A stretch of DNA of 63,401 bases, the filler included, from Globobulimina sp. (lineage: Eukaryota), in NCBI GenBank assembly GCA_003354225.1. It is 39 parts of 39 records of this genome, joined end to end, with 100 filler letters (N's around TTAATTAATTAA, not from the genome) between each part and the next. Parts side by side here need not be neighbours in the genome. Positions count along the whole stretch, not along the records: positions 37,464 to 38,991 come from PIVH01015271.1; positions 39,092 to 40,619 come from PIVH01015272.1; positions 40,720 to 42,247 come from PIVH01015273.1; positions 42,348 to 43,875 come from PIVH01015274.1; positions 43,976 to 45,503 come from PIVH01015275.1; positions 45,604 to 47,131 come from PIVH01015276.1; positions 47,232 to 48,758 come from PIVH01015277.1; positions 48,859 to 50,385 come from PIVH01015278.1; 31 more parts are not named here. One strand, written 5' to 3'. This document shows, one piece after another, positions 37,364 to 49,630 of the stretch. The translations under genes and the position numbers were made by a program. The notes under the pieces were generated by a model. That model did no database searches. It saw only the letters and a program-made list of their open reading frames with translations, and was not told where the DNA came from. The stretch's first letter is position 1, and every line of letters starts with the position of its first letter.

Positions 37364-37814
37364 NNNNNNNNNNNNNNNNNNNNNNNNNNNNNNNNNNNNN
37401 NNNNNNNTTAATTAATTAANNNNNNNNNNNNNNNNNNNNNNNNNNNNNNNNNNNNNNNNNNNNATACGAAATTCCCTCGTAAAAATCATATTTAGGATCG
37501 CCAATCTAAAAGACAAGTGTAGACATTGGAGACATGAAATGTAACGGTCTCGAAAATCACTTAGTTGGCCAAAGTCAATTGAAATAATTGATTGCAGCTA
37601 CAAAATCTACAACACTAGATTAACTAAGTATATAAATACAATTTAGTTAATTACATACAAACTCAATGTACAAAACAACTTAACTCTCATGTTTAACAGT
37701 TTAATGATTTGAATTTGCAATGCACGCGTGGTTTAACAGTTATTCACGATAGTAAGGATGATTATAGTGAAAACTTTTTAAGCTTTTGACTAGCTTTTTT
37801 TAAATACGGGAATC

Positions 37815-38991
37815 ATGTCTACGTTACAACCTACAATACTCTTAGTATTGTCAAACATTCTGTTGATGCATGCTAACAACATAACATCTGTCACATCGAC
37901 CTTTCCATCTTCCATCATGCCAACCATATCGCCAACGATATATTTCTCCACTGATCAGTTAAAAACATGTTTAAAATTGTTTGCATTATCTGTACATACT
38001 TACTGTTACAGACCCACAGCGGCATTGTCCCCCACCGTCGACCCAATGTTATCTCTGGGATCCATTTTTGGAGTGCATATAATATATATCTTCATTGCTG
38101 CCTTAACCGTAATAATCTGTTGCATAGCGTGTTGTTTATTATATTTTGTGCGTCAATCGGCGCAGATTCGTGAGTTGTTACATAAGCAGACGATCGAGTT
38201 ACAATCAGTGCGCAATCTGTCATACCATGTACAGTCTCCAGCACATACATCAAATGCATCTATTCTGAAGTATAAAGATAACGAATCATGCTCTCAAATA
38301 ACTGCATTCAGTTCGCCACCATCTATTCCGTCCAATGGTGCCTCGAATAACAGTCACCAGAACACCAATAACCAGAACACGAATAACAAGAATACGAATA
38401 ACCATAAAATGTATAAGCAACGCAGTGTACATGCAAACACTGTACATGTGCCACATAACAATAACATGCCGCCTCCATTTAACAAAGATAGATCACGTTC
38501 AAAATCGACACAAAGTAAATATACTAAACCATTCCCACATGCTCAACAAACACAATTTAATCCATATGCATTTAATCAGAATATTGCACCAAGACCACAC
38601 GGTTCGAGTTTAGACAGTAATCAATATTACAATTCACAGAAATCGATATATTCGCAATCAAATCACCATCAATCTCCAAGACAACCACCGCCGCAAAGAC
38701 CACATCCAATGCGAAATAGACCAAACCCTCCGCCACAAATCCAAATACAACACCGATATCATTCACATCAGAATGCAAAACAAAGACCAATGCAATATCC
38801 ACCACATCCATCGCGATCGCCAACATCACCGCCATATTCTGCCTCAACACAGCAATATTCACCGGGACAAGTACCTGGACACCACACACAATTACAGCCG
38901 CGGCCCAGATCAGTGCCTGTACCAAATCAAAGGAGACCTATTCAAATTATCCCTCCTCACCCAAACAACAACAAAATGCAGCAGAACAATA
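37815..38991 (+). CDS. Type I membrane protein with P/Q/N-rich cytoplasmic tail (3' truncated)
   Basis: Signal peptide, short PT stalk, TM IIYIFIAALTVIICCIACCLLYFV, low-complexity tail. Confidence 0.7.
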
Positions 38992-39478
38992 NNNNNNNNN
39001 NNNNNNNNNNNNNNNNNNNNNNNNNNNNNNNNNNNTTAATTAATTAANNNNNNNNNNNNNNNNNNNNNNNNNNNNNNNNNNNNNNNNNNNNTTAAAATTA
39101 AAGCTTTTAATTTGGACACAATTACCATCATTTAAACATAATTGGCATTGTGTTTTTTTTTGCCATTTTTTTGCTTTTGTTATTGTAAAATCGAAAGAAA
39201 TGTTTGGGGAATTTTGTTGTTTTGCATTTTTTTTTCTGTTTTTTTTTTTTATATTTTATTTCTAAAACGTAAAGAAATTTACGTAACCTCAACATTTTAA
39301 ATGTAATGATAATAAAAAGTTCCAGGGCATTTTATTATTCTCTTTGTGTTATATTTTATTATTTAACATTCATTCCATTTGTCCTGAAGAAATATGCTCG
39401 TGTTTGTGTTTACAGTGCAAGGAGATGCGAGAAAGCAACAAAAAAACTTAAACACAAGTCATATTTAGTATACTTAGT

Positions 39479-40087
39479 ATGGGTTGCTTTCCCTCTGCAG
39501 AAGAATTGTTGTCAATATCTGTTATATTTTTGGATGTTGACGGTGTTTTGAATTCAGCGCAAACCCAAATGTGTGGAATTGATAAAGTTCATGTGGATAG
39601 TTTGGAATATATTATGGAAAATACTGAATATCGCTGCAAAATTGTTTTATCCACTTCATGGAGAAACAATGCAAATACAAAACAACAATTATTAAATACA
39701 TTGGAAAGAGAGTTGGAGAATATTGAGAATATCGATGATTTAGTGATTGGTTCAACTCCATCATTGCACAATGAACAAAGAGCAAACGAAATTGATAAAT
39801 ATTTTAAAGTCAATAAAAAGTTTATCAATAAAACATATAACATCATATCATGGGTAGCATTGGATGATATGAACCTAAATTATCCAAATGACAAATGTAA
39901 ACAAATAATGGATGGGCATTTTGTTAAAATAAACTGTGAGCATGGATTGACTTTATATAATGCGAAAATGGCTGTCAATATTTTAAATTGTAATGAAGCT
40001 GCAAATGCTCAATATAAGCAAGAGATAAATGAGAAAGAAGCTGAAATTGAGGCTAAATATCTATCGCTATGTGCAAAATATTCTTAA
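39479..40087 (+). CDS. HAD-superfamily phosphatase of the Swiss-Army-Knife RNA-repair type (HAD_SAK_2-like)
   Basis: IFLDVDGVLN, KIVLSTSWR, IGSTP, RANEI, WVALDD, GLT. Confidence 0.88.
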   Translation: MGCFPSAEELLSISVIFLDVDGVLNSAQTQMCGIDKVHVDSLEYIMENTEYRCKIVLSTSWRNNANTKQQLLNTLERELENIENIDDLVIGSTPSLHNEQRANEIDKYFKVNKKFINKTYNIISWVALDDMNLNYPNDKCKQIMDGHFVKINCEHGLTLYNAKMAVNILNCNEAANAQYKQEINEKEAEIEAKYLSLCAKYS

Positions 40088-41278
40088 CTTTCAACAGCAA
40101 TTTCTTCTCTTTGTTTTGCACATCGTTTCTTAATCTGACTCTATTTTAGGGGTTCTCATATTGTGCATTATCCTTAACTCAAAAACCATTATTAGACTAC
40201 TGCCAATTAAGTTCGGAGCCTTAAAAGTTAGAAACTATTCTTTGTTTAGTAACGAAGGGCTTTAGCTGCAAGCGATCTAAAAAGTGATTCACGTCCCTTC
40301 GAAACATCTATCAAGATATACATATCCAAAAATTCATTTCAAAATTAGCTCTTACAATAAATTATTATACTCATAAACAGACATAAAAAGCATGGGGATT
40401 CCATAATACAGCATAATATATAGCCTTGCATGTTATATATAAAGCTTTTCATAAAAATATAATCCATTAAAACAATATGATATACAGTTTCTTGAGCAAA
40501 AATAAGATAGGGTTTCATGAATAATTTCTGCCATAGCACCAATACTTCCCTTTGTTTTTCGTTGTTTATTGTTTACACAAACGGACAAGGGTTTAACTGA
40601 ATAACCGGATGGATTTGGCNNNNNNNNNNNNNNNNNNNNNNNNNNNNNNNNNNNNNNNNNNNNTTAATTAATTAANNNNNNNNNNNNNNNNNNNNNNNNN
40701 NNNNNNNNNNNNNNNNNNNACTACATTGCGAATGTTTGATGAAACATTTATGGCACTCAAAACAAGAAAAGAGATGAAAGTACAGGTTGTCTCAGGTTTG
40801 ATTCTCATCTTAGTCTCTACAGAAATTATAAAGAAGTTAACGAATTAATTAGTTTGAAAGAGAACAATATTGATGGTGGTTTTATTCATTTAATGCAGGT
40901 AATAAATTTTTCGTTACAATTGAATTCAAAGTTATAATATTAAAGAATGGAAAACAAGGTTATAATTCTCACGAATTCATCAAACTTAAACATGTCAAAT
41001 ATGATGCATATATATAATATTGACAACAAAATTAATCCGCAATAGTCCAAAGACTGACATTACGTTTTTCAAAAGTGGTTAGATTAAATCCGATCGAACC
41101 TGTTAACACTTCACAGGAATACACTATTTTGTATCGAAAAAAAAGAATTAGAATAAAATAACATAATAACATAACATAACCACTAACTAATTAGTAGTTA
41201 TGTAATCAGACTAAAAAAAAAGCAATGAAAATATAAATATATATAGATAAACACAATAAATCACACATATTCGCTAAG

Positions 41279-41770
41279 TTAACTTTTAGTGATCTCATTT
41301 GCAACATTCATTGTTACGGTAACCGCATCAGTGTACGTTTCATGAGTTTCATCACTTGCCATACTCGACAATTTATCCAATTCTATATCTGTTTGTTTAT
41401 CCAATGTTTCTTCCAAAGTTTCTTCAAAATCAGACAAAACATTTTTAAATCCCTCCAAAGTTTTTTGTGATGGCAAATCTGGCAAATGAGGCAAATCTGC
41501 AAAATCTAAGACTGAATCTTGTTGATTATGATGTACTTTACGATGCACTTTACGATGTTCACTCTTCGCAGTCTCTATGTTCTTTCTTTTGTTTTGTAAA
41601 TAGGCACATATACCAATACCAATCCAGATACCAACAATCAAAGAAACTAAAAAACCACTTACAACAATGATTGTGATTACATCCATAGTGAATGTATACT
41701 CCCTATCATTTTGACCTGTCAATATTGTTACAACATTTGTTGAATTGCTTGTTGGATAATCAGTTGACAT
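41279..41770 (-). CDS. Small single-pass membrane protein (start may lie upstream, ~41817)
   Basis: TM VITIIVVSGFLVSLIVGIWIGIGICAYL followed by basic residues. Confidence 0.6.
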   Translation of the reverse strand: MSTDYPTSNSTNVVTILTGQNDREYTFTMDVITIIVVSGFLVSLIVGIWIGIGICAYLQNKRKNIETAKSEHRKVHRKVHHNQQDSVLDFADLPHLPDLPSQKTLEGFKNVLSDFEETLEETLDKQTDIELDKLSSMASDETHETYTDAVTVTMNVANEITKS

Positions 41771-41909
41771 TGTACATTCAAATGAAGTAGTAAAAAATAA
41801 GAACGATGACTAGCTCATAAATAATATACAATATAGTTCCAGCTTCAGGCTTCTGCTTTCTTGACAGATAAACTAAACAGTTTTGAAGAGTTCCTACAAC
41901 CTATTAATA

Positions 41910-42247
41910 ATGGTAGCTGTGTGTTATTTGATGTCATTACAAGCAATTTATTTGCTACTAACTATTACAGCATCAGAAACTATCACCTGTATAGGTACGA
42001 CGTGTCAATCACAAACAATTAGTTGTTCTGCAGGGCAAGATTGTACTGTAGATTGCCAAGGTGATGATACATGTTATCCAGCCACAATTAACTGTCCCTC
42101 TGACAGCTACAACTGCCATATCAATTGTAATGGTTCTAATGCCTGCAAGAATGCTATAATAAGTTACGGAGCATTATCTAAACATATGTATCTACAAAAC
42201 ACATATAATTATTTGAAAAGACGGAGGTGGCGGCGATATGGTGGTTT
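41910..42247 (+). CDS. Secreted Cys-rich repeat protein, N-terminal fragment
   Basis: Signal peptide, then repeats of the type C.G...C....I.C. Confidence 0.65.
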
Positions 42248-42879
42248 NNNNNNNNNNNNNNNNNNNNNNNNNNNNNNNNNNNNNNNNNNNNTTAATTAAT
42301 TAANNNNNNNNNNNNNNNNNNNNNNNNNNNNNNNNNNNNNNNNNNNNAGTTTTATTCATATTATTTTCTTTTGCAATTTTATTGAAAGTGTTAATTTCTT
42401 GTTTCGTAAATTTTTTTTTAAATTTCCGTTTGAAATCCATACTGATATCTATATATTTTCACAATTAAAATATAATTTCTTTCGGTTTGAAACTCAGTGA
42501 AGGATATATTTTTTAATTTTTGCACTCATTTCATACGACACAATGCTGTTTTTGCAGCATTAGAAAGCACAATTGTGTCCAGTAGTAGTTTTTGTGATGT
42601 TTTATTCGAAAAATGCATTTTTTACATCTTTTTAGTCAGTTGTTAATGGCAATGTTAATTGTGATAATTAGTTAAATACCTGTCTATACAATGTTCAGTA
42701 CAGTTTGTTGATGGTGTAGGTAACTAACTGCCTGTAAGATCAAAGAGTGAGTTGAGATGTTGCAATGGTAATGATTGGGCTTGAAGTGACGAAAGGATGG
42801 TGATTGAATGATTGTTGGAAAAGTTTCTTTTTTTTTTGAGTGAAAAGCAGTTTTAAGAGATTAACAAGTGGTGATTTGA

Positions 42880-43875
42880 GCTGAACCAAATTATCATATT
42901 TTTTTTGTTGGTTTTTTTATGCGAATATGCGTAGTTTTTTTTTTAATTTTTATCCTTGCACTGAAAATATTTTTGGTGGTTTGAAATGAACCAAGTTATC
43001 ATATTTTTTTGTCATGAAATTATTTTGCTGACTAATCAAAATATTTTTTATTTTCCGGGGAAAAAAAAAATCAGAATTTTCCGGAAATTTCTTGAAAATT
43101 TTCAATAATTCATAATCATTAAGTAAATTCCTTTAGGAAAAGAAAAAATTTTGTAAAAACAAAATGTCAGAATTTTCCAGAATTTTCCTGAATTTTCTAA
43201 AATTCATGTACAAAAATCGTTTCTGAAATTTATCGGATTTATTTCATCAGAAAATGTTCTAAAAACGTTTCTGAAAATATTCCTTAAAAATGTTTCTGAA
43301 AATGTTACTGAAAAACGTTTCTGAAAATGTTCTAAAAATGTTCCTGAAACGTTACCAAGTTAACACATTTTTTTTGTCATGAATTTTTTTGCTGACTAAT
43401 CAAAATATTTTTTAATTTCTGGAATTTTCTTACAAAATCATGTACAAAATTTATGTCTGAATTTTTTGGACCTAGAGGTTTTTGAGTAACTCAGAAGTTT
43501 TTGAATGAACCAAGTTATCATATTTTTTGTCATGAAATTATTTTGCTGACTAATCAAAATATTTTTTCTTTTCCGGAATTTTCTTAAAAATTTTCAATAA
43601 CTCCTATACACATTCTTAAGTAAATTCCTTTAGGAAAATATTATAACTTTCCAGAATTTTCCTGAAAAACTTTTCTGAAAATGTTCTTGAAAAACGTTTC
43701 TGAAAATGTCCTAAAAACGTTTCTGAAAATATTCCTGAAAAAAGTTTCTGAAAATATCCTAAAAACGTTTCTGAAAATGTGTCAGAAAACGTTTCTATAA
43801 TTCTCGGATTTATTTTGTCAGAAAACGTTTCTATAATTCTCGGATTTATTTTGTCTGGAAACGTTTCTATAATTC
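42880..43875. repeat. Compound satellite/duplicated non-coding region
   Basis: ~60-bp module TGAACCAAGTTATCATATTTTTTTGTCATGAAATTATTTTGCTGACTAATCAAAAT at ~42987, ~43354 and ~43506; ~22-bp AAAACGTTTCTGAAAATGTTCCT arrays; 36-bp tandem at 43781/43817/43853. Confidence 0.9.
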
Positions 43876-43975
43876 NNNNNNNNNNNNNNNNNNNNNNNNN
43901 NNNNNNNNNNNNNNNNNNNTTAATTAATTAANNNNNNNNNNNNNNNNNNNNNNNNNNNNNNNNNNNNNNNNNNNN

Positions 43976-45503
43976 AGGCGCGATTCCATATTGATATTCA
44001 TATTCATTCCATTTGGCGTTATTGCATTATTCGGGGCAGTTTCTTCTTTATTTTCAACAATTTCCACCGAGTCATCCTCCTCACATTCAAAGTCGGCGTC
44101 ATTTAACCCGTTTCTATCTAAAATGGCATCGGATATAAACAATTGTTCCATATTCGGCGCCTCGTCAATTTGTGGCCGTTCATTGTTGAGTATGGCGAAG
44201 TTATCATTGTCTGCCGCGTCTGAATAAGAATTATTATTATTGTTATTATTATTATTTGATTTGTTGGCATTTAATTCAATTCTTTGATTGGCTGCATCTG
44301 ATTTAATGATTTTATAAATGTCGGTCAATATCAATGATTGATTCATTGTGCAATTAATTAGTTTATAATGCGCGATATTATTCAATTCCACATCTTTAAA
44401 ATTGGTAACCAAATCAAATAAATTCTTAAATAACTCTCGCAGATTACGGGTATCGGCGCATATAATGGGGCTCAATGAACGCATATGTCTCGATCTATAG
44501 CAGCAGACACATCTCATCTTCCCGCATTTACACATATTCGCGAAATGGCCCCAGAATCCACATTTAATGCATTTAATTGATACTATTTTCTTCAATCTCT
44601 CATCCATTTGCTTTTTCGTGCATTTTCCATTGCGATATTTCTGTCTTATTGAATTAATACATTTTGCCAAATAGTTGGCCTGTTCAGGGCATTTACTGTG
44701 GTCAGGGAACTTTTTACCGCAGGCACAGCTTCCCGCAGTCGCAATATATTCAGTATAGAAATCGGCTCTTAATAGCAACACATATTTGGTCACTGTTCCC
44801 ATTCGGAATCGCATCATCGGGAAACCCAATGACTCATCGCCTACAATTAATTTTGGGTTAATACCGGTGACCGTAATCGGTGTGATGTATACCGGTTTAT
44901 CTTCAAATAATAAGTCCGTTCGCTGCGATCTGGATACACTTTGTATACAATTCTCCGCCGCAATCAATCTGACCATTTTGAACCATCCTTCAGATGCCAA
45001 CCAGGTAGGAATTGGGAGATCGCTTCCCGTCTCATTTGATAAATGGAATAGAGTGGCTCTGCAATATCGTCGTACAGTGATTTTATTGAAGTCAATTATA
45101 TCCTCGTTCGTCACCATCGATTTATTTATTAATTGTACCATTGCCGCAAATTTTAATTCAACGTCATTCACTTTGTTATCGTACCATATATCTTCATCAA
45201 ACTCACTGTCCACACTTTCAATACTTGGGCTGTTATGGCGGTCTTCATCCATTGGTGCTGCGTTTGATTTTAATTCATTTAATTCCGCCCGAATCGCTCT
45301 CATTCGCTCCAATTTAATTTCATACGGTTTGATTAATTGCACCATTAATAATTTAAAATTAATTCGTCGGACATCATAGTCGTTTTTCATTGCATTAATT
45401 ACCACATATAGCAAACACGTGGTATTTATCTTTGTTAATATTTGATTATTCACAATTCTTTTCAATGAGCCGTTATGTAAAATGCTTAATGGTACGTTAA
45501 ACA
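43976..45503 (-). CDS. Gag/ORF1-like zinc-knuckle protein, probably from a retroelement (partial)
   Basis: CX2CX4HX4C knuckle CIKCGFWGHFANMC, plus variants CACGKKFPDHSKC and CVCCYRSRH. Intronless, more than 500 codons. Confidence 0.6.
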
Positions 45504-45603
45504 NNNNNNNNNNNNNNNNNNNNNNNNNNNNNNNNNNNNNNNNNNNNTTAATTAATTAANNNNNNNNNNNNNNNNNNNNNNNNNNNNNNNNNNNNNNNNN
45601 NNN

Positions 45604-46002
45604 TTGTTGTTTTTTACAATGATGTTACAAAAGCGCAGCGATATTACAAAATTGGTGATGGTATTGAGCACAATCACATTTATAATGGCATGTGATGCTA
45701 CATTCAGTATCGTAATGTTGGATTCATTCCTGTCAAATTATGTATTACTAATCGCATTTTGCTCGAATTGTATCTGTGGGATGGTTTATCGAAGCGTGTT
45801 ATATCGGATGTATTGCAAACATTTGCATGTAGCACACTATGTATTTTGTGTAATAATGTATTTAGCCGGATATTGTGCAGCTGCCGTGTATATATCTATA
45901 GCTAACGATAGAAATCAGGACATCTATGTTTTCAGCATATTGTTGGCTTTTACTGGAGTTCTCAATATTGTTTTTGACACCGCTTCTCAATGTTGGTGCT
46001 GA
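45604..46002 (+). CDS. Multi-pass membrane protein fragment
   Basis: About four hydrophobic segments. Confidence 0.45.
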   Translation: MLFFTMMLQKRSDITKLVMVLSTITFIMACDATFSIVMLDSFLSNYVLLIAFCSNCICGMVYRSVLYRMYCKHLHVAHYVFCVIMYLAGYCAAAVYISIANDRNQDIYVFSILLAFTGVLNIVFDTASQCWC

Positions 46003-46235
46003 TTGTCTTAACTCTGTAATATTTATTTCCTGACAAAACATTTCCCTCAAACGCAAATTAGAAATTAAATATCCTACGTCCGATATATCATGGTCGATGT
46101 GCAGTGTTCTATGATATGGAAAACAATAAATATTTGTAGATGAATATTATTATTTCGAGCAATTGTAAAATGACAGTAAATAGATAATTATACTAATTAT
46201 AACAATCAATGTAATACAAAGTATAGGCTATTTTC

Positions 46236-46706
46236 TCAAGATTTATGAACAGCGCACAAGCAATCCGTATCAGAATCAGATTCATACAAACTATGTCTAC
46301 ATCGCAACATTGCCAAATGTCTCCGATACGTTCGTACCCCAAAATTCGTTGATTCTCCAAAGGTAGTCAACTTATCGTTTTTTCTAAGAAATTCATTAAA
46401 TCCACCTACATTTTCTTGAAATGATTCACTCCATTTACGGTCATCATTTTTGCTTTGCAATTGCACCAATAACTGATATCTCCCCATTGAGCCACACTTC
46501 TCTTCATTTAATATTGCAATGATTATATTTGTGGCTGTCTCAAAGTCATATTGCGTGTTCTCATCACATTTCCTTTTTTGAGTTGCTTGCTCACGATCTG
46601 AATCTGAAAGCATCATTATCTCTTTAATCGGAATATCTGGGTTCTCTACTACAGCCTCGATTATGGTCAACATATGCCGATGGATGGTATTAATTGTTTC
46701 AATCAC
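46236..46706 (-). CDS. Hypothetical protein fragment (possible winged-helix/LOTUS-like segment)
   Basis: IIIAILNE..LLVQL..F....GGFNEFLR pattern. Confidence 0.35.
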   Translation of the reverse strand: MIETINTIHRHMLTIIEAVVENPDIPIKEIMMLSDSDREQATQKRKCDENTQYDFETATNIIIAILNEEKCGSMGRYQLLVQLQSKNDDRKWSESFQENVGGFNEFLRKNDKLTTFGESTNFGVRTYRRHLAMLRCRHSLYESDSDTDCLCAVHKS

Positions 46707-46709
46707 CTT

Positions 46710-47030
46710 TTAAACTGTATAATTAGCAAATAAATCTTTTTTAGCGATTCTTGGGTTAGTTGCAGCAAGTCCAGCAATACTGCCGTCATATGTCGCTAGA
46801 GCCATATCTTTCAAGCGAACAATGTATGTGTATTGCCCAGCTGCTAGGTTCTCTTCAGCGATAAACTTTTTGTTATATTTGTTTGTAGCTACCTTTGAAC
46901 CCGCAACTGGCTTAATATTATTTTGGGCTTCAAATGCAAGTGATTGACGTACGTCATTGACACTTGCCACTGAACTAAGGGTTACAGACATTAATGCTGT
47001 CGATACAGCTAATGCGACTTTATTTCTCAC
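46710..47030 (-). CDS. Bacterial S8 (subtilisin-like) protease N-terminus: signal peptide + start of I9 propeptide; truncated at probable chimeric junction
   Basis: AAAGGAGA ribosome-binding site upstream of GTG; MRNKVALAVSTAL signal; YIVRLKD..LATYDG.IAGLAAT, typical of gammaproteobacterial S8 proteases. Confidence 0.8.
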   Translation of the reverse strand: MRNKVALAVSTALMSVTLSSVASVNDVRQSLAFEAQNNIKPVAGSKVATNKYNKKFIAEENLAAGQYTYIVRLKDMALATYDGSIAGLAATNPRIAKKDLFANYTV

Positions 47031-47231
47031 GAATAATCTCCTTTGCGCTATGGGGGCGCACTTTATTATTTTTTTGCTGATTTATAATTGTAATATCATG
47101 ATATCAGCTAGTATTTATTGATTCTTAAATCNNNNNNNNNNNNNNNNNNNNNNNNNNNNNNNNNNNNNNNNNNNNTTAATTAATTAANNNNNNNNNNNNN
47201 NNNNNNNNNNNNNNNNNNNNNNNNNNNNNNN

Positions 47232-47839
47232 TAGACACCAATGAGGATAAATATGGTAATTGGCAGCGGATTCGATCTGGAGATTTTTTGTTGTTAATTT
47301 CCGATCGTTTGAATGAATCATTGCTAGTTTTCAAATATGCGTATAACTTAACATGGGATGATTTATTCCTTAATTCTATGAAAGTTGCACAACGAACATA
47401 TTCATTAACATCCAGAGACGAAATGTTGTTAAAAAAATTAAATTATTGTGATTGGAAATTGTACAAACTTGCAAATGAAATGTTAGATTATCGATTGTAT
47501 CAATTGTACCAAGGAAATAACACAAAATTAAAAAATGATATAGTTCTCATGTCTAAAGCACAATATTTGCAGCAATCGCAATGTGATGAATACTTAAGTA
47601 ATATAACAGCATCAACACGCAATTTAACAGACACTCAAAAGTTGATTTGTCAGTCGCATGTATTAGATAACACGCAATGGAATAAATGGGCTACAAAAGT
47701 GCGCAGACACACAGCTTCATACTTGGATAGTGACAAAAACAACTTTGATCTCATGAAACATCAAATGCAAATGAAAAGAAAAAAAGAAAAAATCAACAAT
47801 TCAATTCAGAAATATTCAGAAATGTGGAATCCAGAATAA
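47232..47839 (+). CDS. Galactose-3-O-sulfotransferase-like protein, C-terminal part
   Basis: LLISDRLNESLLVFK...WDDL, LN..DWKLY..AN..L. Confidence 0.75.
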
Positions 47840-47841
47840 AT

Positions 47842-48758
47842 TCAAAATAATGATGGTAACCACACATCAGATTTTTCTATCCTAACACTTGTGCCTTGCA
47901 TAGAAATTGCAGATATAACAACAATCATAACTTGAAAACATAATTTCTGCGTTTTTTTGTTAAATATCTCCGAAGGCATCTTAATAATCAATCGATTATT
48001 TGCAATATAACCCATATTCTTTCTTTTGTCATTACAAATAATAAAGCGTACACAATCTGAATAACAAACAATTTTGCAATTAATTTGTATTTGTTCGATC
48101 CCAAACGGTAACCGTAATAAACGCAGTTCAATCATAGTTTTCTTTCCTTTAAAATTGGGCATAAATGACATACACCAATTTCCATTCACATCCGCACCAA
48201 AATTATCCGAAAAAAAGGTTGATTTATTGCTGCATTTTTACATTTATCAAATAAAAAATCATCTAAAATCCATGAATAGTCTGTACTGAGTTTCATCAAA
48301 TGTCCCTTTAATTTGATGCTATTACCGCTTGAATACTTATATTCCACCATTAATATTTCAATATAACAATAAAAATCCAACCGTCGATCTGCTACAGATA
48401 TGTTTTCAAGATCTATAACTTCTTTAAACTGGAACTATACCACGATGCAGCATCACCTTTGCATGAAAATTGCCGCACATTCTTCCAATTTGTTTTTGTC
48501 TGTTTACAATATAATTGATTGAATATGACCACTGATTGAAAATTGATTGGGAGATTAATTAATTCCAAATAGAATTGTACTTGGCCCACTTGTTTATGTG
48601 ACCATCCATCCGGACACAAACTACATTTAAATTCTATGTTATGAATCGCAAACTTATTGCTATAATAAGCACTATGATTTGGTGTTGCAAATAACTCGTT
48701 CCAATGGTCGCCAGCAATGCTCCACACAAATATTTCATTAAAAAATGCTAATAATATT
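47842..48758 (-). CDS. Tandem MATH/TRAF-like beta-sandwich protein with two frame changes (~48425 and ~48213); 5' truncated
   Basis: Two repeats of W.I....F......S..F....W/F...L.P.G.......L.L..LP spread across three ORFs. Confidence 0.6.
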
Positions 48759-48858
48759 NNNNNNNNNNNNNNNNNNNNNNNNNNNNNNNNNNNNNNNNNN
48801 NNTTAATTAATTAANNNNNNNNNNNNNNNNNNNNNNNNNNNNNNNNNNNNNNNNNNNN

Positions 48859-49396
48859 AAACAATAAATAACAATCAATGTACTGTATGTACGTCAAAGA
48901 ATCCATCATTCGATCCACATTCATCGGAGAAACAGACAATTTATCAACAGAAACGCAAAATATGAGACATCAAATGAGAAACGTTAACAGATATGACGCG
49001 AGACATGATTATGGAGCAGGAATCGGAAATATTTTGATGCATATATTGGGTGTTCCAGTGCCTGTAAATAATTATATTATAGCAAATAATAACAATTATA
49101 TGGAAGAAAAGGAAATAAATGGCATGGAATGCGAATGGAAGAGATTGCCAATACGTTCATTAACGAGAAATGATGTTTCATTGCTACAGAAAGTGGATGG
49201 CGAAGGAAATAAATCATGTCCAATATGTATGTTGGATTTTAAAAATGGAGATGAAAGCCGGCAATTGCCGTGTTTCCATTTATTCCATAGACAGTGTATT
49301 GATATATGGTTTCAGCAACAGAATGATAAAGGAAATGCTGCTTCGTGTCCATTGGATAGGAAGAAGATAATAGACGCTGTACAACAGACATTTTGA
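48859..49396 (+). CDS. RING-H2 E3 ubiquitin ligase, C-terminal part
   Basis: CPICMLDF..LPCFHLFHRQCIDIWF..CPLD. Confidence 0.92.
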
Positions 49397-49630
49397 GTCA
49401 GTGTGCAGATGTTAATTTGTTTGTATTGTTATGTAACAAAAGAACTTTATCCTTGCACATTGAAAAGTAGTTTGTATACAAGCAGACACACAAATATTTA
49501 TCAAAATTAATAATTAAAATAAAATTAATTATTGCTCCATATATTGTTAAGCAATAATTGTAGAAACATTTAATACTAATTCTATTTTATAATGGCAATG
49601 GCATCGCTATCGTATATTAATACATTTTTC

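Noticed and set aside
43781-43875. 36-bp direct repeats of CRISPR-like length
   Set aside because: Head-to-tail with no unique spacers and no cas genes; part of a satellite.
46585-46706. Resemblance to the end of an NRPS condensation domain (TI.R...H..TIIEAVVENPDIPI.EI.ML)
   Set aside because: Short, with no adenylation domain following, and next to a probable chimeric junction.
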